64,000 nucleotides of DNA from Macrostomum lignano (taxonomy: Eukaryota): positions 66,616 through 130,615 of the forward strand of contig NIVC01002905.1 in assembly GCA_002269645.1 (NCBI GenBank). The letters are read 5' to 3'. This document shows, piece after piece, positions 47,684 through 61,700 of the stretch. The notes beneath the pieces were generated by a model that was not told the origin of the DNA, ran no database searches, and worked only from the letters and a program-made list of their open reading frames with translations. Every line of letters starts with the position of its first letter. Position 1 is the first letter of the stretch. Made by a program: the position numbers and the translations under genes.

Positions 47684-47707
47684 CATTTGAGAAAGTCTGA
47701 AACAACA

Positions 47708-47814
47708 GTCTGTCTGTCTGTCTGTCTGTCTGTCTTAGTGTCTGTCTGTCTTAGTGTCTGTCTTAGTGTCTGTCTGTCTGTCTGTCTGTCTTAGTGTCTG
47801 TCTGTCTGTCTTAG

Positions 47815-47847
<33 letters not shown>

Positions 47848-47886
47848 TAGTGTCTGTGTGTCTGTCTGTCTGTCTGTCTGTCTTAG

Positions 47887-47955
<69 letters not shown>

Positions 47956-47995
47956 TAGTGTCTGTCTGTCTTAGTGTCTGTTCTACTGTCTGTGT
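47708..47995 (+). repeat. (GTCT)n microsatellite with cttagt interruptions
   Basis: Directly visible. Confidence 0.95.
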
Positions 47996-49170
47996 GTTTA
48001 CGTGGACTTTTTGGAAGTTCAGTAGCCTCGTTAGCTGGACCACCCGGTGTAGGTAGACCACTTAGGTGGACCACCAAATAATTTTGTCTCTGGTGGGGTT
48101 AAGACGTTGATGAGGATCTCACATTAATGTCAGGCGGGTCAAGAAAGGCTTAAGCAATTTTGGGATGTCTAGCATGGTTTTTTCCAAAGTTATTTGCATT
48201 TCAGTTTAGCTGGACCTCCAGCCTGGTCTACCTAAACCGAGCGAGTCTGGTCCACGTAAACCGAAAAATTTTAGAAAATTTTTCGAAAATCGTCTGTTTG
48301 TGTCTGTTTGTGTCTGTTTGTGTCTGTTTGTGTCTAGCAGTTATTAAGCATAGATTCGATGCAAAACTGAATTTTTTACAGATCATTACCTTACGAACAA
48401 AGGGCTATGTTAGCATCATATTATGACCGCTACTGGCTTTAAAACAATATGCGTTCAGTTCTTTGACATTCAAGTAGGTGCGCAGGTTAATTAAAAATTC
48501 TGAAACCTCGTATGCGAAATGAATTTGATACAGTAAACTTTAAACTCCATTTAATTAGCTCAGTTCCAGCAATTCCGGTATCGTACTCTGAGCACAGACT
48601 CACAGAGTAAGACACCAACGTAAAGAAATCCAATTCGCTAACCAGATCAAACGATAAAGACTCCGAGACAAGAAAGATATTTAAGTGAAGCCTAAATAGT
48701 ATTCTTCAATGACTTCTCAAGAACTCCCAGTGGTCCTTGATAGCCACACTGTGTAAATGCGAATTTCTGAGGCTCTACCATTACACAAGAAGAAAATAGC
48801 AACTTCATGAATTAAGTGCTTGCCAATTCTATCCTAACACTATGGGATATCCTGTTCTATCCTCCTCCAATGTTGGAAGAAGAAGATCCTAAGCTGCAGC
48901 CTTTCAAGTGCAAAGTTGAAGATGCAATTTACCTAATTGAAAAGGACAATTCATACATGTACATGCAAAAGATTTGATCAAGAGGACGCAATTAAGAAGG
49001 GCCTTTTAGCTAGCGATCGGGTCTCTGACTCTCTAGCAAAAGGTCGACTTGATTGCGGTCCCAGTAAAACTAAGAACGCATTAACAGACAGCCTAACACT
49101 CACTGTCTGTTTGGTCCACGTAAACACATGTGCAGGAGTATAGGGTTGGAACAGACAGACAGACAGACCT
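47708..49170. mobile_element. Putative foldback/TIR-type non-autonomous element with GTCT-containing arms
   Basis: 15/15 inverted match between 47993-48007 and 49114-49128. (TCTG)n on the left faces (CAGA)n at 49151-49168. Motif orientation flips at about 48220. Confidence 0.45.
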
Positions 49171-49716
49171 CCCTTTCTATAATTGGCTGGTTAACACTTA
49201 GGAGGATAGATCCACCCCAACAATGGGACCGACCGCAGCCAATAGGAAACCCGCAAGCGTTCTGAAGGTAAGACAGTGGAGAGAGGGATATATAATGTCT
49301 AAGCGGGTGGTCCACGTAAACCATGGCGTAGTGAGACCAGACACCGACAGTTTAAAAGAAAGTACTTATAATCCACACTATACAACTCTAAAGGATTGCA
49401 ATTGTATAGATTAGAACGTTTTTTTTATACTTAATAGGTCTAATGTTAATCCTTACTCCAAGTTTCATCCATATATAAATTTATTGTGCCAAAAACTGTA
49501 ATCAACAACCAAGATATGATGACCCGCAAAAAAGGACGCCAAGCCTAAAAGAAAAAATAAAAAAACACCGTCGCAAAAAGCCACTGCGAAATCGAAGAAG
49601 CCGCATCGCCTGGTGAAAATCATCAGTCTGCTCGCAGATCCGTCGACACCGAGTCCAGAAAAGTGAGTTTCGTTTGATGATCTCAAAGTAGCTAGCTGCA
49701 AGGCCTGCAACTCAAT

Positions 49717-52700
49717 TGCTGTAGAGAAGCTGGTCCACCTAACCTACAGACACAACTGAATCAGCTCTCTCAGTCTGTTTGAGGCTTTGGCTCTCAGAAG
49801 GTGGTCCACCTAACCTACAGACACAACTCGAACAGATTTCTCTGTCTGTTTGAGGCTCTGGCTCTTAGGTGGTCCACATAACCTACAGACACAACTGAAG
49901 CAGCTCTCTCAGTCTGTTTGAGGCTTTGGCTCTCAGTAGCTGGTCCACCTAACCTACAGACACAACTCGAACAGATTTCTCTGTCTGTTTGAGGCTCTGG
50001 CTCTCAGAGCCGCCGAGAAAGTTTAGTGCCGAGAATGCTTCAGTTTGTTAGAATGCAATCAGAACAGATTCCTAGAAAGTGAGCTAGTCCAGCATCAAGG
50101 CAGAACATCTGGATGTGTAACGAAAGTCTCTCGGAGACTCCTGGCTCAGATTATCGCCTAGAAGTGCTGTGGAGTAGCTGGTCCACCTAACCTACAGACA
50201 CAACTCGAACAGATTTCTGTCTGTTTGAGGCTCTGGCTCTCAGAGCCGCCGAGAAAGTTTAGTGCCGAGAATGCTTCAGTTTGTTAGAATGCAATCAGAA
50301 CAGATTCCTAGAAAGTGAGCTAGTCTAGTATCAAGGCAGAACATCTGGATGTGTAACGAGAGGCCCTTGGAGATTCCTGGCTCAGATTATCGCCTAGAAG
50401 TGCTGTAGAATAGCTGGTCCACCTAACCTACAGACACAACTCGAACAGATTTCTCTGTCTGTTTGAGGCTCTGGCTCTTAGGTGGTCCACATAACCTACA
50501 GACAAAACTGAAGCAGCTCTCTCAGTCTGTTTGAGGCTTTGGCTCACAGTAGCTGGTCCACCTAACCTACAGACACAACTCGAACAGATTTCTCTGTCTG
50601 TTTGAGGCTCTGGCTCTCAGAGCCGCCGAGAAAGTTTAGTGCCGAGAATGCTTCAGTTTGTTAGAATGCAATCAGAACAGATTCCTAGAAAGTGAGCTAG
50701 TCCAGCATCAAGGCAGAACATCTGGATGTGTAACGAGAGGCTCTCGGAGATTCCTGGCTCAGATTATCGCCTAGAAGTGCTGTGGAGTAGCTGGTTCACC
50801 TAACCTACAGACACAACTCGAACAGATTTCTCTGTCTGTTTGAGGCTCTGGCTCTCAGAGCCGCCGAGAAAGTTTAGTGCCGAGAATGCTTCAGTTTGTT
50901 AGAATGCAATCAGAACAGATTCCTAGAAAGTGAGCTAGTCCAGCATCAAGGCAGAACATCTGGATGTGTAACGAGAGGCTCTCGGAGATTCCTGGCTCAG
51001 ATTATCGCCTAGAAGTGCTGTGGAGTAGCTGGTTCACCTAACCTACAGACACAACTCGAACAGATTTCTCTGTCTGTTTAAGGCTCTGGCTCTCAGAGCC
51101 GCCGAGAAAGTTTAGTGCCAAGAATGCTTCATTTTGTTAGAATGCAATCAGAACAGATTCCTAGAAAGTGAGCTAGTCCAGCATCAAGGCAGAACATCTG
51201 GATGTGTAACGAGAGGCTCTCGGAGATTCCTGGCTCAGATTATCGCCTAGAAGTGCTGTGGAGTAGCTGGTTCACCTAACCTACAGACACAACTCGAACA
51301 GATTTCTCTGTCTGTTTAAGGCTCTGGCTCTCAGAGCCGCCGAGAAAGTTTAGTGCCAAGAATGCTTCATTTTGTTAGAATGCAATCAGAACAGATTCCT
51401 AGAAAGTGAGCTAGTCCAGCATCAAGGCAGAACATCTGGATGTGTAACGAGAGGCTCTCGGAGATTCCTGGCTCAGATTATCGCCTAGAAGTGCTGTAGA
51501 ATAGCTGGTCCACCTAACTTACAGACACAACTCGAACAGATTTCTCTGTCTGTTTGAGGCTCTGGCTCTCAGAGCCGCCGAGAAAGTTTAGTGCCGAGAA
51601 TGCTTCAGTTTGTTAGAATGCAATCAGAACAGATTCCTAGAAAGTGAGCTAGTCCAGCATCAAGGCAGAACATCTGGATGTGTAACGAGAGGCTCTCGGA
51701 GATTCCTGGCTCAGATTATCGCCTAGAAGTGCTGTAGAATAGCTGGTCCACCTAACCTACAGACACAACTCGAACAGATTTCTCTGTCTGTTTGAGGCTC
51801 TGGCTCTCAGAGCCGCCGAGAAAGTTTAGTGCCAAGAATGCTTCATTTTGTTAGAATGCAATCAGAACAGATTCCTAGAAAGTGAGCTAGTCCAGCATCA
51901 AGGCAGAACATCTGGATGTGTAACGAGAGGCTCTCGGAGATTCCTGGCTCAGATTATCGCCTAGAAGTGCTGTAGAATAGCTGGTCCACCTAACCTACAG
52001 ACACAACTCGAACAGATTTCTCTGTCTGTTTGAGGCTCTGGCTCTCAGAGCCGCCGAGAAAGTTTAGTGCCGAGAATGCTTCAGTTTGTTAGAATGCAAT
52101 CAGAACAGATTCCTAGAAAGTGAGCTAGTCCAGCATCAAGGCAGAACATCTGGATGTGTAACGAGAGGCTCTCGGAGATTCCTGGCTCAGATTATCGCCT
52201 AGAAGTGCTGTAGAATAGCTGGTCCACCTAACCTACAGACACAACTCGAACAGATTTCTCTGTCTGTTTAAGGCTCTGGCTCTCAGAGCCGCCGAGAAAG
52301 TTTAGTGCCGAGAATGCTTCAGTTTGTTAGAATGCAATCAGAACAGATTCCTAGAAAGTGAGCTAGTCCAGCATCAAGGCAGAACATCTGGATGTGTAAC
52401 GAGAGGCTCTCGGAGATTCCTGGCTCAGATTATCGCCTAGAAGTGCTGTAGAATAGCTGGTCCACCTAACCTACAGACACAACTCGAACAGATTTCTCTG
52501 TCTGTTTGAGGCTCTGGCTCTCAGAGCCGCCGAGAAAGTTTAGTGCCGAGAATGCTTCAGTTTGTTAGAATGCAATCAGAACAGATTCCTAGAAAGTGAG
52601 CTAGTCCAGCATCAAGGCAGAACATCTGGATGTGTAACGAAAGTCTCTCGGAGACTCCTGGCTCAGATTATCGCCTAGAAGTGCTGTGGAGTAGCTGGTC

Positions 52701-55700
52701 CACCTAACCTACAGACACAACTCGAACAGATTTCTCTGTCTGTTTGAGGCTCTGGCTCTCAGAGCCGCCGAGAAAGTTTAGTGCCGAGAATGCTTCAGTT
52801 TGTTAGAATGCAATCAGAACAGATTCCTAGAAAGTGAGCTAGTCTAGTATCAAGGCAGAACATCTGGATGTGTAACGAGAGGCCCTTGGAGATTCCTGGC
52901 TCAGATTATCGCCTAGAAGTGCTGTAGAATAGCTGGTCCACCTAACCTACAGACACAACTCGAACAGATTTCTCTGTCTGTTTGAGGCTCTGGCTCTCAG
53001 AGCCGCCGAGAAAGTTTAGTGCCGAGAATGCTTCAGTTTGTTAGAATGCAATCAGAACAGATTCCTAGAAAGTGAGCTAGTCCAGCATCAAGGCAGAACA
53101 TCTGGATGTGTAACGAGAGGCTCTCGGAGATTCCTGGCTCAGATTATCGCCTAGAAGTGCTGTAGAATAGCTGGTCCACCTAACCTACAGACACAACTCG
53201 AACAGATTTCTCTGTCTGTTTGAGGCTCTGGCTCTCAGAGCCGCCGAGAAAGTTTAGTGCCAGAATGCTTCATTTTGTTAGAATGCAATCAGAACAGATT
53301 CCTAGAAAGTGAGCTAGTCCAGCATCAAGGCAGAACATCTGGATGTGTAACGAGAGGCTCTCGGAGATTCCTGGCTCAGATTATCGCCTAGAAGTGCTGT
53401 AGAATAGCTGGTCCACCTAACCTACAGACACAACTCGAACAGATTTCTCTGTCTGTTTGAGGCTCTGGCTCTCAGAGCCGCCGAGAAAGTTTAGTGCCGA
53501 GAATGCTTCAGTTTGTTAGAATGCAATCAGAACAGATTCCTAGAAAGTGAGCTAGTCCAGCATCAAGGCAGAACATCTGGATGTGTAACGAGAGGCTCTC
53601 GGAGATTCCTGGCTCAGATTATCGCCTAGAAGTGCTGTAGAATAGCTGGTCCACCTAACCTACAGACACAACTCGAACAGATTTCTCTGTCTGTTTAAGG
53701 CGCTGGCTCTCAGAGCCGCCGAGAAAGTTTAGTGCCGAGAATGCTTCAGTTTGTTAGAATGCAATCAGAACAGATTCCTAGAAAGTGAGCTAGTCCAGCA
53801 TCAAGGCAGAACATCTGGATGTGTAACGAAAGTCTCTCGGAGACTCCTGGCTCAGATTATCGCCTAGAAGTGCTGTGGAGTAGCTGGTCCACCTAACCTA
53901 CAGACACAACTCGAACAGATTTCTCTGTCTGTTTGAGGCTCTGGCTCTCAGAGCCGCCGAGAAAGTTTAGTGCCGAGAATGCTTCAGTTTGTTAGAATGC
54001 AATCAGAACAGATTCCTAGAAAGTGAGCTAGTCCAGCATCAAGGCAGAACATCTGGATGTGTAACGAGAGGCCTTGGAGATTCCTGGCTCAGATTATCGC
54101 CTAGAAGTGCTGTAGAATAGCTGGTCCACCTAACCTACAGACACAACTCGAACAGATTTCTCTGTCTGTTTGAGGCTCTGGCTCTCAGAGCCGCCGAGAA
54201 AGTTTAGTGCCGAGAATGCTTCAGTTTGTTAGAATGCAATCAGAACAGATTCCTAGAAAGTGAGCTAGTCCAGCATCAAGGCAGAACATCTGGATGTGTA
54301 ACGAGAGGCTCTCGGAGATTCCTGGCTCAGATTATCGCCTAGAAGTGCTGTAGAATAGCTGGTCCACCTAACCTACAGACACAACTCGAACAGATTTCTC
54401 TGTCTGTTTGAGGCTCTGGCTCTCAGAGCCGCCGAGAAAGTTTAGTGCCAGAATGCTTCATTTTGTTAGAATGCAATCAGAACAGATTCCTAGAAAGTGA
54501 GCTAGTCCAGCATCAAGGCAGAACATCTGGATGTGTAACGAGAGGCTCTCGGAGATTCCTGGCTCAGATTATCGCCTAGAAGTGCTGTAGAATAGCTGGT
54601 CCACCTAACCTACAGACACAACTCGAACAGATTTCTCTGTCTGTTTGAGGCTCTGGCTCTCAGAGCCGCCGAGAAAGTTTAGTGCCGAGAATGCTTCAGT
54701 TTGTTAGAATGCAATCAGAACAGATTCCTAGAAAGTGAGCTAGTCCAGCATCAAGGCAGAACATCTGGATGTGTAACGAGAGGCTCTCGGAGATTCCTGG
54801 CTCAGATTATCGCCTAGAAGTGCTGTAGAATAGCTGGTCCACCTAACCTACAGACACAACTCGAACAGATTTCTCTGTCTGTTTAAGGCGCTGGCTCTCA
54901 GAGCCGCCGAGAAAGTTTAGTGCCGAGAATGCTTCAGTTTGTTAGAATGCAATCAGAACAGATTCCTAGAAAGTGAGCTAGTCCAGCATCAAGGCAGAAC
55001 ATCTGGATGTGTAACGAGAGGCTCTCGGAGATTCCTGGCTCAGATTATCGCCTAGAAGTGCTGTAGAATAGCTGGTCCACCTAACCTACAGACACAACTC
55101 GAACAGATTTCTCTGTCTGTTTGAGGCTCTGGCTCTCAGAGCCGCCGAGAAAGTTTAGTGCCGAGAATGCTTCAGTTTGTTAGAATGCAATCAGAACAGA
55201 TTCCTAGAAAGTGAGCTAGTCCAGCATCAAGGCAGAACATCTGGATGTGTAACGAGAGGCTCTCGGAGATTCCTGGCTCAGATTATCGCCTAGAAGTGCT
55301 GTAGAATAGCTGGTCCACCTAACCTACAGACACAACTCGAACAGATTTCTCTGTCTGTTTGAGGCTCTGGCTCTCAGAGCCGCCGAGAAAGTTTAGTGCC
55401 GAGAATGCTTCAGTTTGTTAGAATGCAATCAGAACAGATTCCTAGAAAGTGAGCTAGTCCAGCATCAAGGCAGAACATCTGGATGTGTAACGAGAGGCTC
55501 TCGGAGATTCCTGGCTCAGATTATCGCCTAGAAGTGCTGTAGAATAGCTGGTCCACCTAACCTACAGACACAACTCGAACAGATTTCTCTGTCTGTTTAG
55601 GCTCTGGCTCTCAGAGCCGCCGAGAAAGTTTAGTGCCGAGAATGCTTCAGTTTGTTAGAATGCAATCAGAACAGATTCCTAGAAAGTGAGCTAGTCCAGC

Positions 55701-58700
55701 ATCAAGGCAGAACATCTGGATGTGTAACGAGAGGCCTCTGGAGATTCCTGGCTCAGATTATCGCCTAGAAGTGCTGTAGAATAGCTGGTCCACCTAACCT
55801 ACAGACACAACTCGAACAGATTTCTCTGTCTGTTTGAGGCTCTGGCTCTCAGAGCCGCCGAGAAAGTTTAGTGCCGAGAATGCTTCAGTTTGTTAGAATG
55901 CAATCAGAACAGATTCCTAGAAAGTGAGCTAGTCCAGCATCAAGGCAGAACATCTGGATGTGTAACGAGAGGCTCTCGGAGATTCCTGGCTCAGATTATC
56001 GCCTAGAAGTGCTGTAGAATAGCTGGTCCACCTAACCTACAGACACAACTCGAACAGATTTCTCTGTCTGTTTGAGGCTCTGGCTCTCAGAGCCGCCGAG
56101 AAAGTTTAGTGCCGAGAATGCTTCAGTTTGTTAGAATGCAATCAGAACAGATTCCTAGAAAGTGAGCTAGTCCAGCATCAAGGCAGAACATCTGGATGTG
56201 TAACGAGAGGCTCTCGGAGATTCCTGGCTCAGATTATCGCCTAGAAGTGCTGTAGAATAGCTGGTCCACCTAACCTACAGACACAACTCGAACAGATTTC
56301 TCTGTCTGTTTGAGGCTCTGGCTCTCAGAGCCGCCGAGAAAGTTTAGTGCCGAGAATGCTTCAGTTTGTTAGAATGCAATCAGAACAGATTCCTAGAAAG
56401 TGAGCTAGTCCAGCATCAAGGCAGAACATCTGGATGTGTAACGAGAGGCTCTCGGAGATTCCTGGCTCAGATTATCGCCTAGAAGTGCTGTAGAATAGCT
56501 GGTCCACCTAACCTACAGACACAACTCGAACAGATTTCTCTGTCTGTTTAGGCTCTGGCTCTCAGAGCCGCCGAGAAAGTTTAGTGCCGAGAATGCTTCA
56601 GTTTGTTAGAATGCAATCAGAACAGATTCCTAGAAAGTGAGCTAGTCCAGCATCAAGGCAGAACATCTGGATGTGTAACGAGAGGCTCTCGGAGATTCCT
56701 GGCTCAGATTATCGCCTAGAAGTGCTGTAGAATAGCTGGTCCACCTAACCTACAGACACAACTCGAACAGATTTCTCTGTCTGTTTGAGGCTCTGGCTCT
56801 CAGAGCCGCCGAGAAAGTTTAGTGCGAGAATGCTTCAGTTTGTTAGAATGCAATCAGAACAGATTCCTAGAAAGTGAGCTAGTCCAGCATCAAGGCAGAA
56901 CATCTGGATGTGTAACGAGAGGCTCTCGGAGATTCCTGGCTCAGATTATCGCCTAGAAGTGCTGTAGAATAGCTGGTCCACCTAACCTACAGACACAACT
57001 CGAACAGATTTCTCTGTCTGTTTGAGGCTCTGGCTCTCAGAGCCGCCGAGAAAGTTTAGTGCCGAGAATGCTTCAGTTTGTTAGAATGCAATCAGAACAG
57101 ATTCCTAGAAAGTGAGCTAGTCCAGCATCAAGGCAGAACATCTGGATGTGTAACGAGAGGCTCTCGGAGATTCCTGGCTCAGATTATCGCCTAGAAGTGC
57201 TGTAGAATAGCTGGTCCACCTAACCTACAGACACAACTCGAACAGATTTCTCTGTCTGTTTAGGCTCTGGCTCTCAGAGCCGCCGAGAAAGTTTAGTGCC
57301 GAGAATGCTTCAGTTTGTTAGAATGCAATCAGAACAGATTCCTAGAAAGTGAGCTAGTCCAGCATCAAGGCAGAACATCTGGATGTGTAACGAGAGGCTT
57401 GGAGATTCCTGGCTCAGATTATCGCCTAGAAGTGCTGTAGAATAGCTGGTCCACCTAACCTACAGACACAACTCGAACAGATTTCTCTGTCTGTTTGAGG
57501 CTCTGGCTCTCAGAGCCGCCGAGAAAGTTTAGTGCCGAGAATGCTTCAGTTTGTTAGAATGCAATCAGAACAGATTCCTAGAAAGTGAGCTAGTCCAGCA
57601 TCAAGGCAGAACATCTGGATGTGTAACGAGAGGCTCTCGGAGATTCCTGGCTCAGATTATCGCCTAGAAGTGCTGTAGAATAGCTGGTCCACCTAACCTA
57701 CAGACACAACTCGAACAGATTTCTCTGTCTGTTTGAGGCTCTGGCTCTCAGAGCCGCCGAGAAAGTTTAGTGCCAAGAATGCTTCATTTGTTAGAATGCA
57801 ATCAGAACAGATTCCTAGAAAGTGAGCTAGTCCAGCATCAAGGCAGAACATCTGGATGTGTAACGAGAGGCTCTCGGAGATTCCTGGCTCAGATTATCGC
57901 CTAGAAGTGCTGTAGAATAGCTGGTCCACCTAACCTACAGACACAACTCGAACAGATTTCTCTGTCTGTTTGAGGCTCTGGCTCTCAGAGCCGCCGAGAA
58001 AGTTTAGTGCCGAGAATGCTTCAGTTTGTTAGAATGCAATCAGAACAGATTCCTAGAAAGTGAGCTAGTCCAGCATCAAGGCAGAACATCTGGATGTGTA
58101 ACGAGAGGCTCTCGGAGATTCCTGGCTCAGATTATCGCCTAGAAGTGCTGTAGAATAGCTGGTCCACCTAACCTACAGACACAACTCGAACAGATTTCTC
58201 TGTCTGTTTGAGGCTCTGGCTCTCAGAGCCGCCGAGAAAGTTTAGTGCCGAGAATGCTTCAGTTTGTTAGAATGCAATCAGAACAGATTCCTAGAAAGTG
58301 AGCTAGTCCAGTATCAAGGCAGAACATCTGGATGTGTAACGAGAGGCCCGGAGATTCCTGGCTCAGATTATCGCCTAGAAGTGCTGTAGAATAGCTGGTC
58401 CACCTAACCTACAGACACAACTCGAACAGATTTCTCTGTCTGTTTGAGGCTCTGGCTCTCAGAGCCGCCGAGAAAGTTTAGTGCCGAGAATGCTTCAGTT
58501 TGTTAGAATGCAATCAGAACAGATTCCTAGAAAGTGAGCTAGTCCAGCATCAAGGCAGAACATCTGGATGTGTAACGAGAGGCTCTCGGAGATTCCTGGC
58601 TCAGATTATCGCCTAGAAGTGCTGTAGAATAGCTGGTCCACCTAACCTACAGACACAACTCGAACAGATTTCTCTGTCTGTTTGAGGCTCTGGCTCTCAG

Positions 58701-61700
58701 AGCCGCCGAGAAAGTTTAGTGCCGAGAATGCTTCATTTTGTTAGAATGCAATCAGAACAGATTCCTAGAAAGTGAGCTAGTCCAGCATCAAGGCAGAACA
58801 TCTGGATGTGTAACGAGAGGCTCTCGGAGATTCCTGGCTCAGATTATCGCCTAGAAGTGCTGTAGAATAGCTGGTCCACCTAACCTACAGACACAACTCG
58901 AACAGATTTCTCTGTCTGTTTGAGGCTCTGGCTCTCAGAGCCGAGAAAGTTTAGTGCCGAGAATGCTTCAGTTTGTTAGAATGCAATCAGAACAGATTCC
59001 TAGAAAGTGAGCTAGTCCAGCATCAAGGCAGAACATCTGGATGTGTAACGAGAGGCTCTCGGAGATTCCTGGCTCAGATTATCGCCTAGAAGTGCTGTAG
59101 AATAGCTGGTCCACCTAACCTACAGACACAACTCGAACAGATTTCTCTGTCTGTTTGAGGCTCTGGCTCTCAGAGCCGCCGAGAAAGTTTAGTGCCGAGA
59201 ATGCTTCAGTTTGTTAGAATGCAATCAGAACAGATTCCTAGAAAGTGAGCTAGTCCAGCATCAAGGCAGAACATCTGGATGTGTAACGAAGTCTCTCGGA
59301 GATCCTGGCTCAGATTATCGCCTAGAAGTGCTGTGGAGTAGCTGGTCCACCTAACCTACAGACACAACTCGAACAGATTTCTGTCTGTTTGAGGCTCTGG
59401 CTCTCAGAGCCGCCGAGAAAGTTTAGTGCCGAGAATGCTTCAGTTTGTTAGAATGCAATCAGAACAGATTCCTAGAAAGTGAGCTAGTCCAGCATCAAGG
59501 CAGAACATCTGGATGTGTAACGAGAGGCCTCGGAGATTCCTGGCTCAGATTATCGCCTAGAAGTGCTGTAGAATAGCTGGTCCACCTAACCTACAGACAC
59601 AACTCGAACAGATTTCTCTGTCTGTTTGAGGCTCTGGCTCTCAGAGCCGCCGAGAAAGTTTAGTGCCGAGAATGCTTCAGTTTGTTAGAATGCAATCAGA
59701 ACAGATTCCTAGAAAGTGAGCTAGTCCAGCATCAAGGCAGAACATCTGGATGTGTAACGAGAGGCTCTCGGAGATTCCTGGCTCAGATTATCGCCTAGAA
59801 GTGCTGTAGAATAGCTGGTCCACCTAACCTACAGACACAACTCGAACAGATTTCTCTGTCTGTTTGAGGCTCTGGCTCTCAGAGCCGCCGAGAAAGTTTA
59901 GTGCCAGAATGCTTCAGTTTGTTAGAATGCAATCAGAACAGATTCCTAGAAAGTGAGCTAGTCCAGCATCAAGGCAGAACATCTGGATGTGTAACGAGAG
60001 GCTCTCGGAGATTCCTGGCTCAGATTATCGCCTAGAAGTGCTGTAGAATAGCTGGTCCACCTAACCTACAGACACAACTCGAACAGATTTCTCTGTCTGT
60101 TTGAGGCTCTGGCTCTCAGAGCCGCCGAGAAAGTTTAGTGCCGAGAATGCTTCAGTTTGTTAGAATGCAATCAGAACAGATTCCTAGAAAGTGAGCTAGT
60201 CCAGCATCAAGGCAGAACATCTGGATGTGTAACGAGAGGCTCTCGGAGATTCCTGGCTCAGATTATCGCCTAGAAGTGCTGTAGAATAGCTGGTCCACCT
60301 AACCTACAGACACAACTCGAACAGATTTCTCTGTCTGTTTGAGGCTCTGGCTCTCAGAGCCGCCGAGAAAGTTTAGTGCCGAGAATGCTTCAGTTTGTTA
60401 GAATGCAATCAGAACAGATTCCTAGAAAGTGAGCTAGTCCAGCATCAAGGCAGAACATCTGGATGTGTAACGAAAGTCTCTCGGAGATCCTGGCTCAGAT
60501 TATCGCCTAGAAGTGCTGTGGAGTAGCTGGTCCACCTAACCTACAGACACAACTCGAACAGATTTCTGTCTGTTTGAGGCTCTGGCTCTCAGAGCCGCCG
60601 AGAAAGTTTAGTGCCGAGAATGCTTCAGTTTGTTAGAATGCAATCAGAACAGATTCCTAGAAAGTGAGCTAGTCCAGCATCAAGGCAGAACATCTGGATG
60701 TGTAACGAGAGGCCTCTTGGAGATTCCTGGCTCAGATTATCGCCTAGAAGTGCTGTAGAATAGCTGGTCCACCTAACCTACAGACACAACTCGAACAGAT
60801 TTCTCTGTCTGTTTGAGGCTCTGGCTCTCAGAGCCGCCGAGAAAGTTTAGTGCCAGAATGCTTCATTTGTTAGAATGCAATCAGAACAGATTCCTAGAAA
60901 GTGAGCTAGTCCAGCATCAAGGCAGAACATCTGGATGTGTAACGAGAGGCTCTCGGAGATTCCTGGCTCAGATTATCGCCTAGAAGTGCTGTAGAATAGC
61001 TGGTCCACCTAACCTACAGACACAACTCGAACAGATTTCTCTGTCTGTTTGAGGCTCTGGCTCTCAGAGCCGCCGAGAAAGTTTAGTGCCGAGAATGCTT
61101 CAGTTTGTTAGAATGCAATCAGAACAGATTCCTAGAAAGTGAGCTAGTCCAGCATCAAGGCAGAACATCTGGATGTGTAACGAGAGGCTCTCGGAGATTC
61201 CTGGCTCAGATTATCGCCTAGAAGTGCTGTAGAATAGCTGGTCCACCTAACCTACAGACACAACTCGAACAGATTTCTCTGTCTGTTTGAGGCTCTGGCT
61301 CTCAGAGCCGCCGAGAAAGTTTAGTGCCGAGAATGCTTCAGTTTGTTAGAATGCAATCAGAACAGATTCCTAGAAAGTGAGCTAGTCCAGCATCAAGGCA
61401 GAACATCTGGATGTGTAACGAAGTCTCTCGGAGATCCTGGCTCAGATTATCGCCTAGAAGTGCTGTGGAGTAGCTGGTCCACCTAACCTACAGACACAAC
61501 TCGAACAGATTTCTGTCTGTTTGAGGCTCTGGCTCTCAGAGCCGCCGAGAAAGTTTAGTGCCGAGAATGCTTCAGTTTGTTAGAATGCAATCAGAACAGA
61601 TTCCTAGAAAGTGAGCTAGTCTAGTATCAAGGCAGAACATCTGGATGTGTAACGAGAGGCCCTTGGAGATTCCTGGCTCAGATTATCGCCTAGAAGTGCT

